Notes: a model not told the origin generated them from the letters alone. DNA of 32,000 nucleotides from Candidatus Brocadia sp. (GCA_021650915.1 CP091279.1:3630001-3662000); one strand, 5' to 3'. Shown: positions 1 through 8,439, numbered from the stretch's first letter. Numbers and translations: made by a program.

Positions 1-638
1 TTATAGTAACTGGCTGAGGCAATCAGCTCCAGTCCTTCAGAACGACGCCAAAGGACGGATGCAGAAGCGCCGTCGGCAAAGAGTGCATTTGAAATGATCA
101 AACTCAAATCGTCCGCCATCTGATAGGTGGCGCTGCAGATCTCTACGGAAACACCCACGATCACCCCGTTATCAGAACTTTTTGCCATATCCTCGCAGAT
201 TTGCAGGTTGGGAATTCCTCCCCCACACCCGCTGCCAACCAGGTCATGGGCGCGTGTCTTGTCCGACATGCGGAGTTTTTCTATGAGATAGGTAGAGATG
301 CCGGGACAAATATATCCGGTGCAGGTATTCACCACCAATCCCGATACATCGTCCGGGGTCAATCCAACGGGGGTCAATGCCTTCAGGATTGCCTGAGATG
401 AAAGGTCTACCGCCCAGCGTGTAAAGCGTGCGATACGGTTATCCGGATGCTCGTGAATAAGACCCTTGAGGTCGTCCAGCGCAAGGTGTCTGTGCACTAC
501 GCTCGGATGGGCAAAAATCTTCCGCAGTATTGCCAGATTCTTTTTGCTCAGTTTGTCTGCATAGGCTCTTACCAGAAATTCCTCAGCATGGGCCTGGCTT
601 ACCCTGTAGGGGGGGGTAGTAACTGCTACCGATCCCAT
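1..638 (-). CDS. Type III polyketide synthase (chalcone-synthase-like), N-terminal 212 codons; 3' end lies beyond the window start
   Basis: Absent from the ORF track because there is no stop in the window. My translation of the minus strand from ATG 638-636 gives MGSVAVTTPPYRVSQAHAEEFL...VVNTCTGYICPGISTYLIEKL...LVGSGCGGGIPNLQ...VEICSATYQ...LFADGASA. These are the catalytic-Cys GxGCxGG loop and the ExCSxT(Y/F)Q and F(A/G)DGA motifs typical of type III PKS. Confidence 0.8.
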   Translation of the reverse strand, partial: MGSVAVTTPPYRVSQAHAEEFLVRAYADKLSKKNLAILRKIFAHPSVVHRHLALDDLKGLIHEHPDNRIARFTRWAVDLSSQAILKALTPVGLTPDDVSGLVVNTCTGYICPGISTYLIEKLRMSDKTRAHDLVGSGCGGGIPNLQICEDMAKSSDNGVIVGVSVEICSATYQMADDLSLIISNALFADGASASVLWRRSEGLELIASASYY

Positions 639-688
639 ACAAATCTTTTGTGAAGGAGGTATGGGTAACCTTTTATCATTATTCGCCA

Positions 689-2116
689 TCATACGTCCAT
701 TCCAAAAAGCCTGAGTCCGCGCCGGATAAAACGAGTGTATCGCCAGAGGGGGGACCTGACTCCTGCCCTGTATCCCAGGCGATTCAAGGCCGGAAGAAAC
801 GAAAGGCCAAGGGTATTGGAGTCAATATAATTTAGGTGTGTACCCAGCGCCTTTCGCAGGGTATTGATTAACCAATCCAGATCCAGGCCGGGAGAAAGGT
901 AAAACACGGGTTCCAGCATTTCCCGGGAAGGAAGCGCCAAAACACCTTCTTTACGAGCCCGCTGCTCAAGTTCAGTGCCAGGATAGATGCGTATTCCTAT
1001 ATTGAAAAATACCACGTCTTTCGGACGTATGAATTGCTCTGCAAAATGCAACGTTTCCTGAACGGTATCTTGTGTTTCGCATGGCCCTCCCAGCATGAAG
1101 ATCCAGAGGCAAGGTATATTGTGATGTTGAACGACCCGGGCTGCATGGTAGACGTGTTCTACGGTAAAACCTTTTTGGAGACCGTCCAGGACAACACCAG
1201 ATGCGCTTTCAACCGTAATACCCATACCAACGAAACCAGCCTCCTCCATTGCGGTAAGGAGGTCATCGTCTATGAAAAGCGGGTTTAATTCCAGGCTCTG
1301 GAGACGAACATCAGGTCTGGCTCTGGCAAGGCCATTACAGATGGCCAATGCATGATCATAGGGGGAATTAAATACATTGTCAACAAATTCAATGTCCCTG
1401 AATCCCTTCCCGGCAAGACGCTCAATCGTATCGACGACCACGGCGGGATTACAGAAACGATAGTCGTATCCTTCAATCTTCCGGTAGGTGCAGTAGACGC
1501 ATTTGAAGTGGCATCCGAGTTTTGTTTGAATGGGCACCGTCGACAACCTGGACAGGTAGGCATGCGTATCAATCCATCGGTGGAAACCGGGAACCAGACA
1601 GCCATCGGAAAAACGGGTTACATAACCGGTATTTTTCCTGAAGATACCATCATCCAACCATGCAACACCAGGAATTTGGTTCGGGAACTCACCTTGGGAA
1701 AGCGAAGCTGCCAATTGAGGAAAAACAACTTCCCCGTCTCCCAGGATTGCCCAGTCTGCCCCCGTATAACGAAGCAATTCTTCAGGCATGATGGCAACTG
1801 CAGCGCCGCCAAGAACAAGGGCAGATCGCGTCTTGCTGCGGATGGTTTTCGCCAGTGGCTTCAAATCCCGAAAGAAAGCCACGGGATTTTGCATATCATT
1901 ATTGTCGATGTTTCGTACAGAAAGACCGACAATGTCAGGATTGAATTTGACAAGTTCAGACTCCAGGGACGATACCGGGTCTTTCACAAACATCAAATCC
2001 AATACCCTGACCGCGTGACCTTCCCGTCTGGTGGCTTCAGCCACAAGGCATGCACCGATCGGTATAACGGGCACGGGTCCGCAGTATCGATTGGTAACGA
2101 CAATGAGGATATTCAC
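689..2116 (-). CDS. B12-binding-domain radical SAM enzyme (class B rSAM)
   Basis: 475-aa ORF. The N-terminal Rossmann-like B12-binding region is MNILIVVTNRYCGPVPVIPIGACLVAE...VGLSVRN. The CxxxCxxC radical SAM cluster motif is in KLGCHFKCVYCTY. It lies 50 nt upstream of the type III PKS on the same strand. Confidence 0.9.
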   Translation of the reverse strand: MNILIVVTNRYCGPVPVIPIGACLVAEATRREGHAVRVLDLMFVKDPVSSLESELVKFNPDIVGLSVRNIDNNDMQNPVAFFRDLKPLAKTIRSKTRSALVLGGAAVAIMPEELLRYTGADWAILGDGEVVFPQLAASLSQGEFPNQIPGVAWLDDGIFRKNTGYVTRFSDGCLVPGFHRWIDTHAYLSRLSTVPIQTKLGCHFKCVYCTYRKIEGYDYRFCNPAVVVDTIERLAGKGFRDIEFVDNVFNSPYDHALAICNGLARARPDVRLQSLELNPLFIDDDLLTAMEEAGFVGMGITVESASGVVLDGLQKGFTVEHVYHAARVVQHHNIPCLWIFMLGGPCETQDTVQETLHFAEQFIRPKDVVFFNIGIRIYPGTELEQRARKEGVLALPSREMLEPVFYLSPGLDLDWLINTLRKALGTHLNYIDSNTLGLSFLPALNRLGYRAGVRSPLWRYTRFIRRGLRLFGMDV

Positions 2117-2194
2117 ACAGGTACAATCCCTGGTTACCCTACAACGATTATTCCTCTCATTCCCAAAGAGTAAGTCTCATTGCACGCGGTAACG

Positions 2195-2809
2195 TCATTG
2201 CTTCTTTTGCAGTCTCAGCCCAATCTCAGCAAGCCGGCGACCAAGGGCACGGCAAATGAGCGCCTCCTGTGGGTCGATTTCCCGCTTGTTGTCTAATCCT
2301 GCAATATGTCCTGGCCCGTAAGGAGAACCGCCGCCCTGCGTAGAAAAAAGTTCTTTAACCGAATAAGGAACGCCGACCAGAATCATCCCAAGGTGCAGCA
2401 AAGGGCCCATTAAGGTAAGGATTGTCGTTTCTTGCCCTCCGTGAAGGCTTGCGGTGGAGACAAAAATACTTGCCGGCTTACTTTCTAATTCTCCTGTAAA
2501 CCACAGGGAGGTAAGTTGGTCAATCTGATTTTTCAGTTGAGCAGACACATTTCCAAACCTTGTTGGTGTCCCGAAGGCAATCGCACTGGCCGCTTTGAAG
2601 TCATCCAGGGTAACCAGGGGAACGTCTTTCTGCATTTCTCTGCCTGCCTTCATATCTTCACGGGATTCGATAACAGACGAAGGAATCAATTCCGGCACTC
2701 TGCGAATCAGGGGTGTTGCCCCTTTGACTTCCTGAACGCCTTCTGCCACGAGTTTTGCCATTTTGTATACGTTGCCATATGTGCTGTAGTAAACAATGAG
2801 CACTTGCAT
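2195..2809 (-). CDS. wrbA: NAD(P)H:quinone oxidoreductase, WrbA-type flavodoxin-like protein
   Basis: 204-aa ORF. It aligns along its length with remembered E. coli WrbA (VLIVYYSTYGN..., GTPTRFGN, GGQETT, GGSPYG). SD AAAGGAG lies upstream of the ATG. Confidence 0.9.
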   Translation of the reverse strand: MQVLIVYYSTYGNVYKMAKLVAEGVQEVKGATPLIRRVPELIPSSVIESREDMKAGREMQKDVPLVTLDDFKAASAIAFGTPTRFGNVSAQLKNQIDQLTSLWFTGELESKPASIFVSTASLHGGQETTILTLMGPLLHLGMILVGVPYSVKELFSTQGGGSPYGPGHIAGLDNKREIDPQEALICRALGRRLAEIGLRLQKKQ

Positions 2810-2911
2810 TGGGTTTTCTCCTTTGCTTTGCCAAATTTTTTAAGCTGAACGAGTTGGAAAGAATACTATCCGAAGCGCGGAATAATATGAGTCAATCCTG
2901 ACAGGATGGTC

Positions 2912-3226
2912 TTATTGAAGAAAACCAGCAGGCAAATGGTTGCAGGCAAGCCAGGAGCGCATATATTGTCTCATATCCAACGCGTCCTTGTCTCGCTGTG
3001 TACCGTTATTACGGTGCGTGTCATGGAAAGATCTCCTGATAAAGTGCTTAATCCTCGCTGCTTTTGCAGCCGTTGCCAGAATTTTACCATGCCGTGTTTC
3101 TCTGGTGAGCCCGCGTTGTTTAACCGTTCTGAGATGAGCGATCCGGAGAACTCCCTGAAGTAGCTTATTTTCTGAAGTATGATCGCTAAAAACTTGTTTT
3201 GCTACGAGATCCCTTTTATTTACCAT
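2912..3226 (-). CDS. Small basic hypothetical protein (104 aa from internal ATG; ORF-track version starts at 3262)
   Basis: A strong SD (ACAGGAGGAAACATT-ATG) precedes the ATG at 3226 (MVNKRDLVAKQ...). It sits about 75 nt downstream of the leader terminator. No family recognised. Confidence 0.55.
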   Translation of the reverse strand: MVNKRDLVAKQVFSDHTSENKLLQGVLRIAHLRTVKQRGLTRETRHGKILATAAKAARIKHFIRRSFHDTHRNNGTQRDKDALDMRQYMRSWLACNHLPAGFLQ

Positions 3227-3300
3227 AATGTTTCCTCCTGTCTCCTCTTTATTATCTTTCATTGATCACAAGCCATGGTTCTGTTCACCTGGCTATAAAA

Positions 3301-3353
3301 TAAAAAAGCCTTACTGCAAAGATATTTTGTGAAACATCTTCGGCAGTAAGGCT
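3301..3353 (-). terminator. Intrinsic terminator / expression platform of leader RNA copy A
   Basis: The minus strand reads AGCCTTACTGC-(25-nt loop with inner AAGAT/ATCTT pairing)-GCAGTAAGGCT followed by a T-run. The stem sequence is identical to the terminator at 28138-28191. Confidence 0.65.
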
Positions 3354-3361
3354 ATCTTTTT

Positions 3362-3458
3362 CGCGGGGGGGAGAGGCGCGTTGCCACGCGCCTTTACCTC
3401 ATATCCGTCAAAAGACCCTTTCCTTTGCGTCCCCTGATTGCCCAGGGTTTGCCTTTGT
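3362..3458 (-). promoter_or_regulatory. GEMM-I (c-di-GMP-I)-like riboswitch aptamer candidate, copy A
   Basis: The minus strand reads AAAGGCAAA-CCCTGG-GCAA-TCAGGG-GACGCAAAGGAAAGGGTCTT. This matches the 5' half of the Vc2 c-di-GMP-I aptamer as I remember it (GGCAAA, 6-bp stem, GNRA loop, 6-bp stem, GACGCAAAG). The 3' half is not obviously canonical. A paralogue lies at 28018-28100. Confidence 0.5.
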
Positions 3459-3684
3459 CGTAATGTTCTTCTCTTATGCTTGTTTGTAAAATGTCATTGC
3501 TTAAAACAGAAATGAAGATACTCTATCATAGATAACTAGGTATCTCAAGTAAAAATAAAATTATTATTGCATTAGCACATTTTAGTATGGTCAAATAAAG
3601 GACCGAAAATTTCAGGGTGCTGCCGGTATTGTTATTACGTATCGATGGTGCACTCATTCCAGCGAAAACAAAGGAGGGTTTGAT

Positions 3685-4947
3685 CTGAACGCATACCTTG
3701 TTCTTGTCCTCTGTATTTATATCCTGAAAGAGACCTTTGAATATGCCGTACAATATTTCAATCTCAGGTATATGAAGAAGGTTGGTATTTTCGTACCGCC
3801 TGAATTTGAAGGAATTGTAGACGAGGCTCTTTTAAAAAAGACCGGGGACTATGAGACAGAAAAGACGCACTTCAGCTTTTTCTCCTCGATACTCAGTAAT
3901 GTCGCTACGATCATATTCATTTTTTGTGGTTTGCTGAATATTTATAATTCCTGGATAGCATCCCTGAACCTGCCATTTATCATTTCCGGATGGCTCTTCT
4001 TTCTCATTCTATCTTATGGAGGTGAATTCCTGTCCGTGCCTTTCCGTTGGTACAACACTTTTAAGATAGAGAACAAATACGGATTTACCACTACGACTTT
4101 GCGGTTATGGGCGTCTGACTTCATAAAAACACTCTTTATTTCAACGGTTATGATATCTCTGATGGCATGTGCGGGCTTCTGGCTTATTCAGTGGAGTCCG
4201 CTGTACTGGTGGTTCTGGATATGGGGTTTTCTCTTTCTTTTCAGCATTTGTATGATGTACCTGTCTCCCTATGTTATAGAGCCGTTATTTAATAAATTCA
4301 CCCCGATTGAGAACGACGCGTTGAAAGAAAGGATTCGTGAATTAACGGATAAGGCCGGTATTCGCGCAAGCCGGATCCTCAGAATCGATGCATCAAAGAG
4401 GAGCAAACATACCAACGCTTATTTTACCGGTATTGGAAAAACAAAGAGGATCGTCCTCTACGATACCTTACTTGAGACCATGAACCATAGTGAGATCATC
4501 GCTGTGCTGGCACATGAGATAGGCCATTGGAAGAAAAAGCATATGCTGAAAACGATCATTGCGTTTGAGGTTGTTTCGTTTATTGCCCTGTATTGCTCGT
4601 TTAAAATACTGCAAAGCGATGCCCTTCTGACGCTCTTTCACATTCGCACCAATACCCTCTTTGCAAAAATTATTATCCTTGCATTCCTTGCTGATATCCT
4701 CTCATTGTCCTTTATGCCATGCGTAAGCTATCTTATGAGGAGACATGAAATGCAGGCAGACAGGGCATCATATGAACTTACGAGGGATCCGGAAAGCATG
4801 ATAAGCGCCCTTGTAAAGCTATCGAAAGAGAATCTCACCAATCTGTATCCGCATCCGCTCTATGTCACCTTGTATTATTCACACCCTCCCATCCTTGGAA
4901 GGCTTCGGTATTTCAGGAAATTGTTAGAAAAAGATATTGGGCGATAA
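3685..4947 (+). CDS. M48 family zinc metalloprotease, Ste24/CAAX-prenyl-protease-like. The first ATG is at 3772; a probable non-canonical CTG start is at 3685.
   Basis: HEIGHWKKKH (HExxH) motif and multiple TM helices. The in-frame sequence upstream of 3772 encodes NAYLVLVLCIYILKETFEYAVQYFNLRY, the first TM helix and the LNLR motif seen in Ste24 homologues. It contains no ATG/GTG/TTG. SD AAGGAGG (3671-3677) lies 7 nt before CTG 3685. Confidence 0.85.
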   Translation: MNAYLVLVLCIYILKETFEYAVQYFNLRYMKKVGIFVPPEFEGIVDEALLKKTGDYETEKTHFSFFSSILSNVATIIFIFCGLLNIYNSWIASLNLPFIISGWLFFLILSYGGEFLSVPFRWYNTFKIENKYGFTTTTLRLWASDFIKTLFISTVMISLMACAGFWLIQWSPLYWWFWIWGFLFLFSICMMYLSPYVIEPLFNKFTPIENDALKERIRELTDKAGIRASRILRIDASKRSKHTNAYFTGIGKTKRIVLYDTLLETMNHSEIIAVLAHEIGHWKKKHMLKTIIAFEVVSFIALYCSFKILQSDALLTLFHIRTNTLFAKIIILAFLADILSLSFMPCVSYLMRRHEMQADRASYELTRDPESMISALVKLSKENLTNLYPHPLYVTLYYSHPPILGRLRYFRKLLEKDIGR

Positions 4948-5068
4948 GGATGTCTTTTTTATGTTATGAAGGCTGGATACAATAACACCGTGTAAAAGCC
5001 TAATTCCTTTGCTATATTTGGCGCCTCTTCTTGCCGGTGTGGTGAAGGAAAAATCACAGGAGTTGTGA

Positions 5069-5611
5069 TTATGGTTCGTTTGTGCGGTGATCTGTTCTGA
5101 ACCACATTTCATAGAGGGGGAGAGAGATGTATGCCCCAAAACTCAGAATGAGAAGGATGTTAGAAATTGTAAAGGTAAGCACAAAATGAGGGGATGAATA
5201 TCTGATAAGCCATGGGGCCCCAAGATTCAACAGAATTCCCATAAATGAAGCTCCGTAGATGGTAACTTTCAACCCTTCACGGGTATGTGTCATAGCCATA
5301 ATGCGGGAGAGGATAAATATGACAATGGGCATGGAAAAGATATGGGTGTGTGTCACATCCAGGAGTTCCCGGTAGGATTTTGGGAAAAACAGCCCCTCTT
5401 CGAGCTTTGATCTGTTCTCCTCGGCTGACAACGGGGTGTTGATATCTTCCTCTTCGTTGCCACAATAGTAGCGTATGGTTTTTTGTGAAGAAAACCCCGT
5501 CCGCTCATAATAATTGAGAAAGCCAACGCCCAGGGCAACAGTCATAATGGATAGGAAAAAGGTAAAAAAGATCTTATTGCTTATGGGAAGCGACCACATA
5601 CCACTTGACAT
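5069..5611 (-). CDS. Integral membrane protein (about 4 TM, THTHxFSMP motif), function unknown
   Basis: ORF 5069..5653. The start at 5611 is preferred because AAAGGAG lies 6 nt upstream. It overlaps the apbE-fusion stop (5574) by 38 nt, which suggests translational coupling. Hydrophobic helices include IFFTFFLSIMTVALGVGFL and IFSMPIVIFILSRIMAM. Confidence 0.7.
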   Translation of the reverse strand: MSSGMWSLPISNKIFFTFFLSIMTVALGVGFLNYYERTGFSSQKTIRYYCGNEEEDINTPLSAEENRSKLEEGLFFPKSYRELLDVTHTHIFSMPIVIFILSRIMAMTHTREGLKVTIYGASFMGILLNLGAPWLIRYSSPHFVLTFTISNILLILSFGAYISLPLYEMWFRTDHRTNEP

Positions 5612-7361
5612 TGTCTTCTCCTTTGGCAGGGGATTTTTTAAACTTATCCGCAAAACCCTTTGTCATGGCAATTACGGTTTTCCCGTCATTGTCTTCATAG
5701 ATAATCATGGCATGAGCGTTGGGGATGGTCTTTGCCAGTTCCAGGCCTTTTTCGTGACCTAAAACAAAGAGGCTGGTTGAGAGTGCATCAACTTCCGTCC
5801 CAGTAGGCGCCACAACCGTTGTTGCCATGGTACCGGTTACCGGCCTTCCTGTAAGCGGGTTTATAATATGGGAATAGCGTTTTCCCTTCATCTCAAAGAA
5901 CCGCTCGTAATCTCCTGATGTAGCCGTAGCCTCATCCTTGAGTTCCAGATAACCCAGGATCTCATCCTTATTCCGTGGGTGTTGTATGCCAATTTTCCAT
6001 GCAGTTTTTCCAGGGGGTGTGCCCCACACATAAATATTTCCGCCAAGATTAATACATGCACTGCTCATATTGCATTTTTTTATGATTTCCAATGCCTTGT
6101 CGACCGCGTATCCCTTTCCAATAGCGCCCAAATCAATTTGCGTCAGCGCATTTTTAAAAAATACCGTGCCAGGCTTTTTTGGATCAGCATTTCTCTTTAC
6201 GACAATATTGTTATAAGAGACGGCCGGCAAGACCTTCTCTATCTCTTTGTCGGAGGGGATATGTCCTTTTTCGTGAAAAAACCCCCATAGAGCGACGATC
6301 GGCGAGACGGTGACGTCAAAAGCGCCGCCGCTGAGCTCGCTATAATGCTGTGATCGTTCAATCACATCAAGAAGTTCCCCCTGGCATGGTACGGGCGACC
6401 GCGCAGCATTCTTGTTGAGTTGAGAGAGTTCGCTCGTCTGCTTATAGTTACTCATAATACGGTCCATGCGTTCGATTTCATCCAGGGCTTCTTCAACGGC
6501 ATGGCCGGCAGCTTGCTCGTCCCCGGAATATACCGACACTTCAGCAAAGGTACCCATGATCATACGGGTTTGCTTCACCATTTTTATTTCAGGAGAGACG
6601 TCTTTGTGGTTTTCCGTTTCTCTTTTCTTGTGTTCTGTGTTTTTTTGAGCGTTCGCTGTCCCGTCGTTCGTGGTCTGAGATGTATTTGCTACGTGCACCG
6701 GTTCTGTTTTCAGAGGCAGGGCGACAGGTTCCGTGGTACGGGTGGTTGTATGCGCCGTTCTTTTCCCGCTGAGATAGTATGCATCAATAACAGCGAGCAC
6801 CTTTCTCACGCCTGCGCACATGTATTGAACAGACATGGTAGCGCCGGTGACATTAATGATGTCTTTGTTTATGCGAAGGGGATTTTTCAGAGACTTGCCC
6901 ATGAATTGATAGAGAAAGCGTTTTCTGGTAATTTCTGCGCCGCGGCTCTCACGGTAAACAAGGACTGCAACGTCCTTGATCTTTCCCGCCGGGGTTACCC
7001 CAACAATAAAGGTAAAGGGATGAAACTTGCCGATCTCCTCGGTAATAATTGCGTATGCCTGAATAGCGCCCTTCTTTTTCCCAAGATACACCTTAAATCT
7101 ATCCTCATAGAGTCTTCTGCTCAGAAGTTTTTCAAGGTTGTTTTTTTCTTCAGGGGACATAAAAATCTCGTCGGTTGTAATTTCATCACATCCGTGAAAT
7201 ACAAGGTCGAGCGCTTGTTCTTCTGTAAGGTAGGTCTGGATTTGAAAATTCTCTGCCGGTTCTGTCTCTGTTTTGGCCTGTATGGATTTCGAAATGAATG
7301 GAGTCAGCGCTCCTGCGAAGGAGAAAAGGGAAAAGAGAAAAATTATTCGTTTTGAAGCCAT
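5574..7361 (-). CDS. apbE: Fusion protein: signal peptide + FMN-binding domain (RnfG/NqrC/NosR-type) + ApbE FAD:protein FMN transferase
   Basis: 595 aa. The N-terminal signal is MASKRIIFLFSLFSFAGALT. The FMN_bind-like domain carries the flavinylation-type motif INVTGATMSV. A T/P/E-rich linker follows. The C-terminal ApbE body includes GAFDVTVSP, IDLGAIGKGYAVD, INLGGN and TSGDYERF. Confidence 0.88.
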   Translation of the reverse strand: MASKRIIFLFSLFSFAGALTPFISKSIQAKTETEPAENFQIQTYLTEEQALDLVFHGCDEITTDEIFMSPEEKNNLEKLLSRRLYEDRFKVYLGKKKGAIQAYAIITEEIGKFHPFTFIVGVTPAGKIKDVAVLVYRESRGAEITRKRFLYQFMGKSLKNPLRINKDIINVTGATMSVQYMCAGVRKVLAVIDAYYLSGKRTAHTTTRTTEPVALPLKTEPVHVANTSQTTNDGTANAQKNTEHKKRETENHKDVSPEIKMVKQTRMIMGTFAEVSVYSGDEQAAGHAVEEALDEIERMDRIMSNYKQTSELSQLNKNAARSPVPCQGELLDVIERSQHYSELSGGAFDVTVSPIVALWGFFHEKGHIPSDKEIEKVLPAVSYNNIVVKRNADPKKPGTVFFKNALTQIDLGAIGKGYAVDKALEIIKKCNMSSACINLGGNIYVWGTPPGKTAWKIGIQHPRNKDEILGYLELKDEATATSGDYERFFEMKGKRYSHIINPLTGRPVTGTMATTVVAPTGTEVDALSTSLFVLGHEKGLELAKTIPNAHAMIIYEDNDGKTVIAMTKGFADKFKKSPAKGEDNVKWYVVASHKQ

Positions 7362-7454
7362 AGAAATGTCAATGGATACGTGCGTTTATTGCCCGACAAT
7401 TACCTTTTGATATTTTTAGGAAGTTTCTGCCCTGAACTGCATGAGGTGTTTTGA

Positions 7455-7486
7455 TGAAAAAAAGGAAACCGTCTCAGCGTTTTCCT
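7455..7486 (-). terminator. Intrinsic terminator after the lipoprotein gene
   Basis: The minus strand reads AGGAAAAC-GCTGAGAC-GGTTTCCT followed by TTTTTTTC, 15 nt past the stop at 7501. Confidence 0.55.
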
Positions 7487-7500
7487 CTCTTGCGGAAGAA

Positions 7501-7980
7501 TCATGGCACATTGAGGATCTTTTCTATCCTCTGTAAATAGTCCCGCTCAATGGTGCCATCTGATACCGTACGATTCCATCGATACGCCCGGCTCCCGCCC
7601 GGCGCCTTTTCTTCAAGCTGGGCTTGCATAGAAACATAGGTTTTGGCTTGTTCTCCCGTTACCTGAATCGTCAGGCGATATCGTTCCTGCCATTCTCCTC
7701 CCGTAATTAATCCGGTAGATTTTGTCGTAGACCAGCCTTTTATCCACTGAGTTCTTAACAACCCTTTTTCCATATCTTTTATTTCAACCTGAATCCCCGT
7801 CATTGCCTGATCAACGGCGTTCCATACGGTATTTACATCAGCATCAAAATACCGGGAAACAGCCGTCATATTTCTTAAACCGAGGCGACCTGGAGTACAC
7901 CCGGTAAAAAAGACAGCAAAGACGGCAATGGATAACAATATGCCGCTAGAAGTAATGCTTTGTAATCGTTTTGGTTTCAT
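7501..7980 (-). CDS. Putative lipoprotein (possibly BamC/NlpB-like; weak)
   Basis: 159 aa. Signal peptide plus lipobox: LLSIAVFAVFFTG-C. The remainder is soluble. The family assignment is only an impression. Confidence 0.7.
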   Translation of the reverse strand: MKPKRLQSITSSGILLSIAVFAVFFTGCTPGRLGLRNMTAVSRYFDADVNTVWNAVDQAMTGIQVEIKDMEKGLLRTQWIKGWSTTKSTGLITGGEWQERYRLTIQVTGEQAKTYVSMQAQLEEKAPGGSRAYRWNRTVSDGTIERDYLQRIEKILNVP

Positions 7981-8076
7981 AGGAAACGAAAATAATAACA
8001 GAAATATGATTCTTTTACAAACACTTTGTTTAAGTTTTCTTTCGGCAGCTCACTGCAGTAAATACCTTTAATATGT

Positions 8077-8098
8077 GCAGTAATTGTACTGCTTTTTT
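8077..8098 (+). terminator. Orphan hairpin + T-run in the divergent intergenic region upstream of pssA
   Basis: GCAGTA-ATTG-TACTGC followed by TTTTTT. No annotated plus-strand gene lies upstream. Confidence 0.35.
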
Positions 8099-8439
8099 AT
8101 CAAAGAGACTGATATACCGATTTCATTATTTCTTAACCTATTTATAACTATCTTTGAATAAAATAGTTATATTAATACGATAAAAAAAAGATTTCTTCTG
8201 TCTCAGGCACACATTTTGTTGTACTGTCATAAGATCGTGTTTTTGGAATGTTTACATCCCATATCTTTTTACGCATCTGCGAAAGTTGTGCATAAGGCGT
8301 TGGTTTTTAAATTTTGTCTTCGTCGATCTTCTCACGGTAGAGCAACGAGGCTCGTCGCTCTATCGTCGTAACTTTGAAATTCCTGCACATATATTTTTTG
8401 TTATAGCAGACTATATACACTTTTGTCCGGAGGTTTATC

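Noticed and set aside
653-714. Strong plus-strand SD (GAAGGAGGT) followed by an ATG and a 17-codon ORF between the rSAM and PKS genes
   Set aside because: The micro-ORF is too short and unconserved to call. It lies antisense within a minus-strand operon, so the SD-like sequence is probably coincidental.
1352-2173. 273-aa plus-strand ORF, plus other plus-strand ORFs at 201-653, 1034-1288 and 1788-2018
   Set aside because: They are antisense shadows of the radical SAM and type III PKS genes, whose minus-strand translations carry clear family motifs. The plus-strand products have no recognisable features.
2895-2907. Palindrome ATCCTGACAGGAT, resembling the AACCCTGTCAGGGTT palindrome of the 87-bp direct repeats
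   Set aside because: Only the CCTG-N-CAGG core is shared. That is too short to argue for a common binding protein.
6420-7355. 311-aa plus-strand ORF opposite the apbE fusion
   Set aside because: It is a shadow ORF. The minus-strand frame encodes unmistakable FMN_bind and ApbE motifs.
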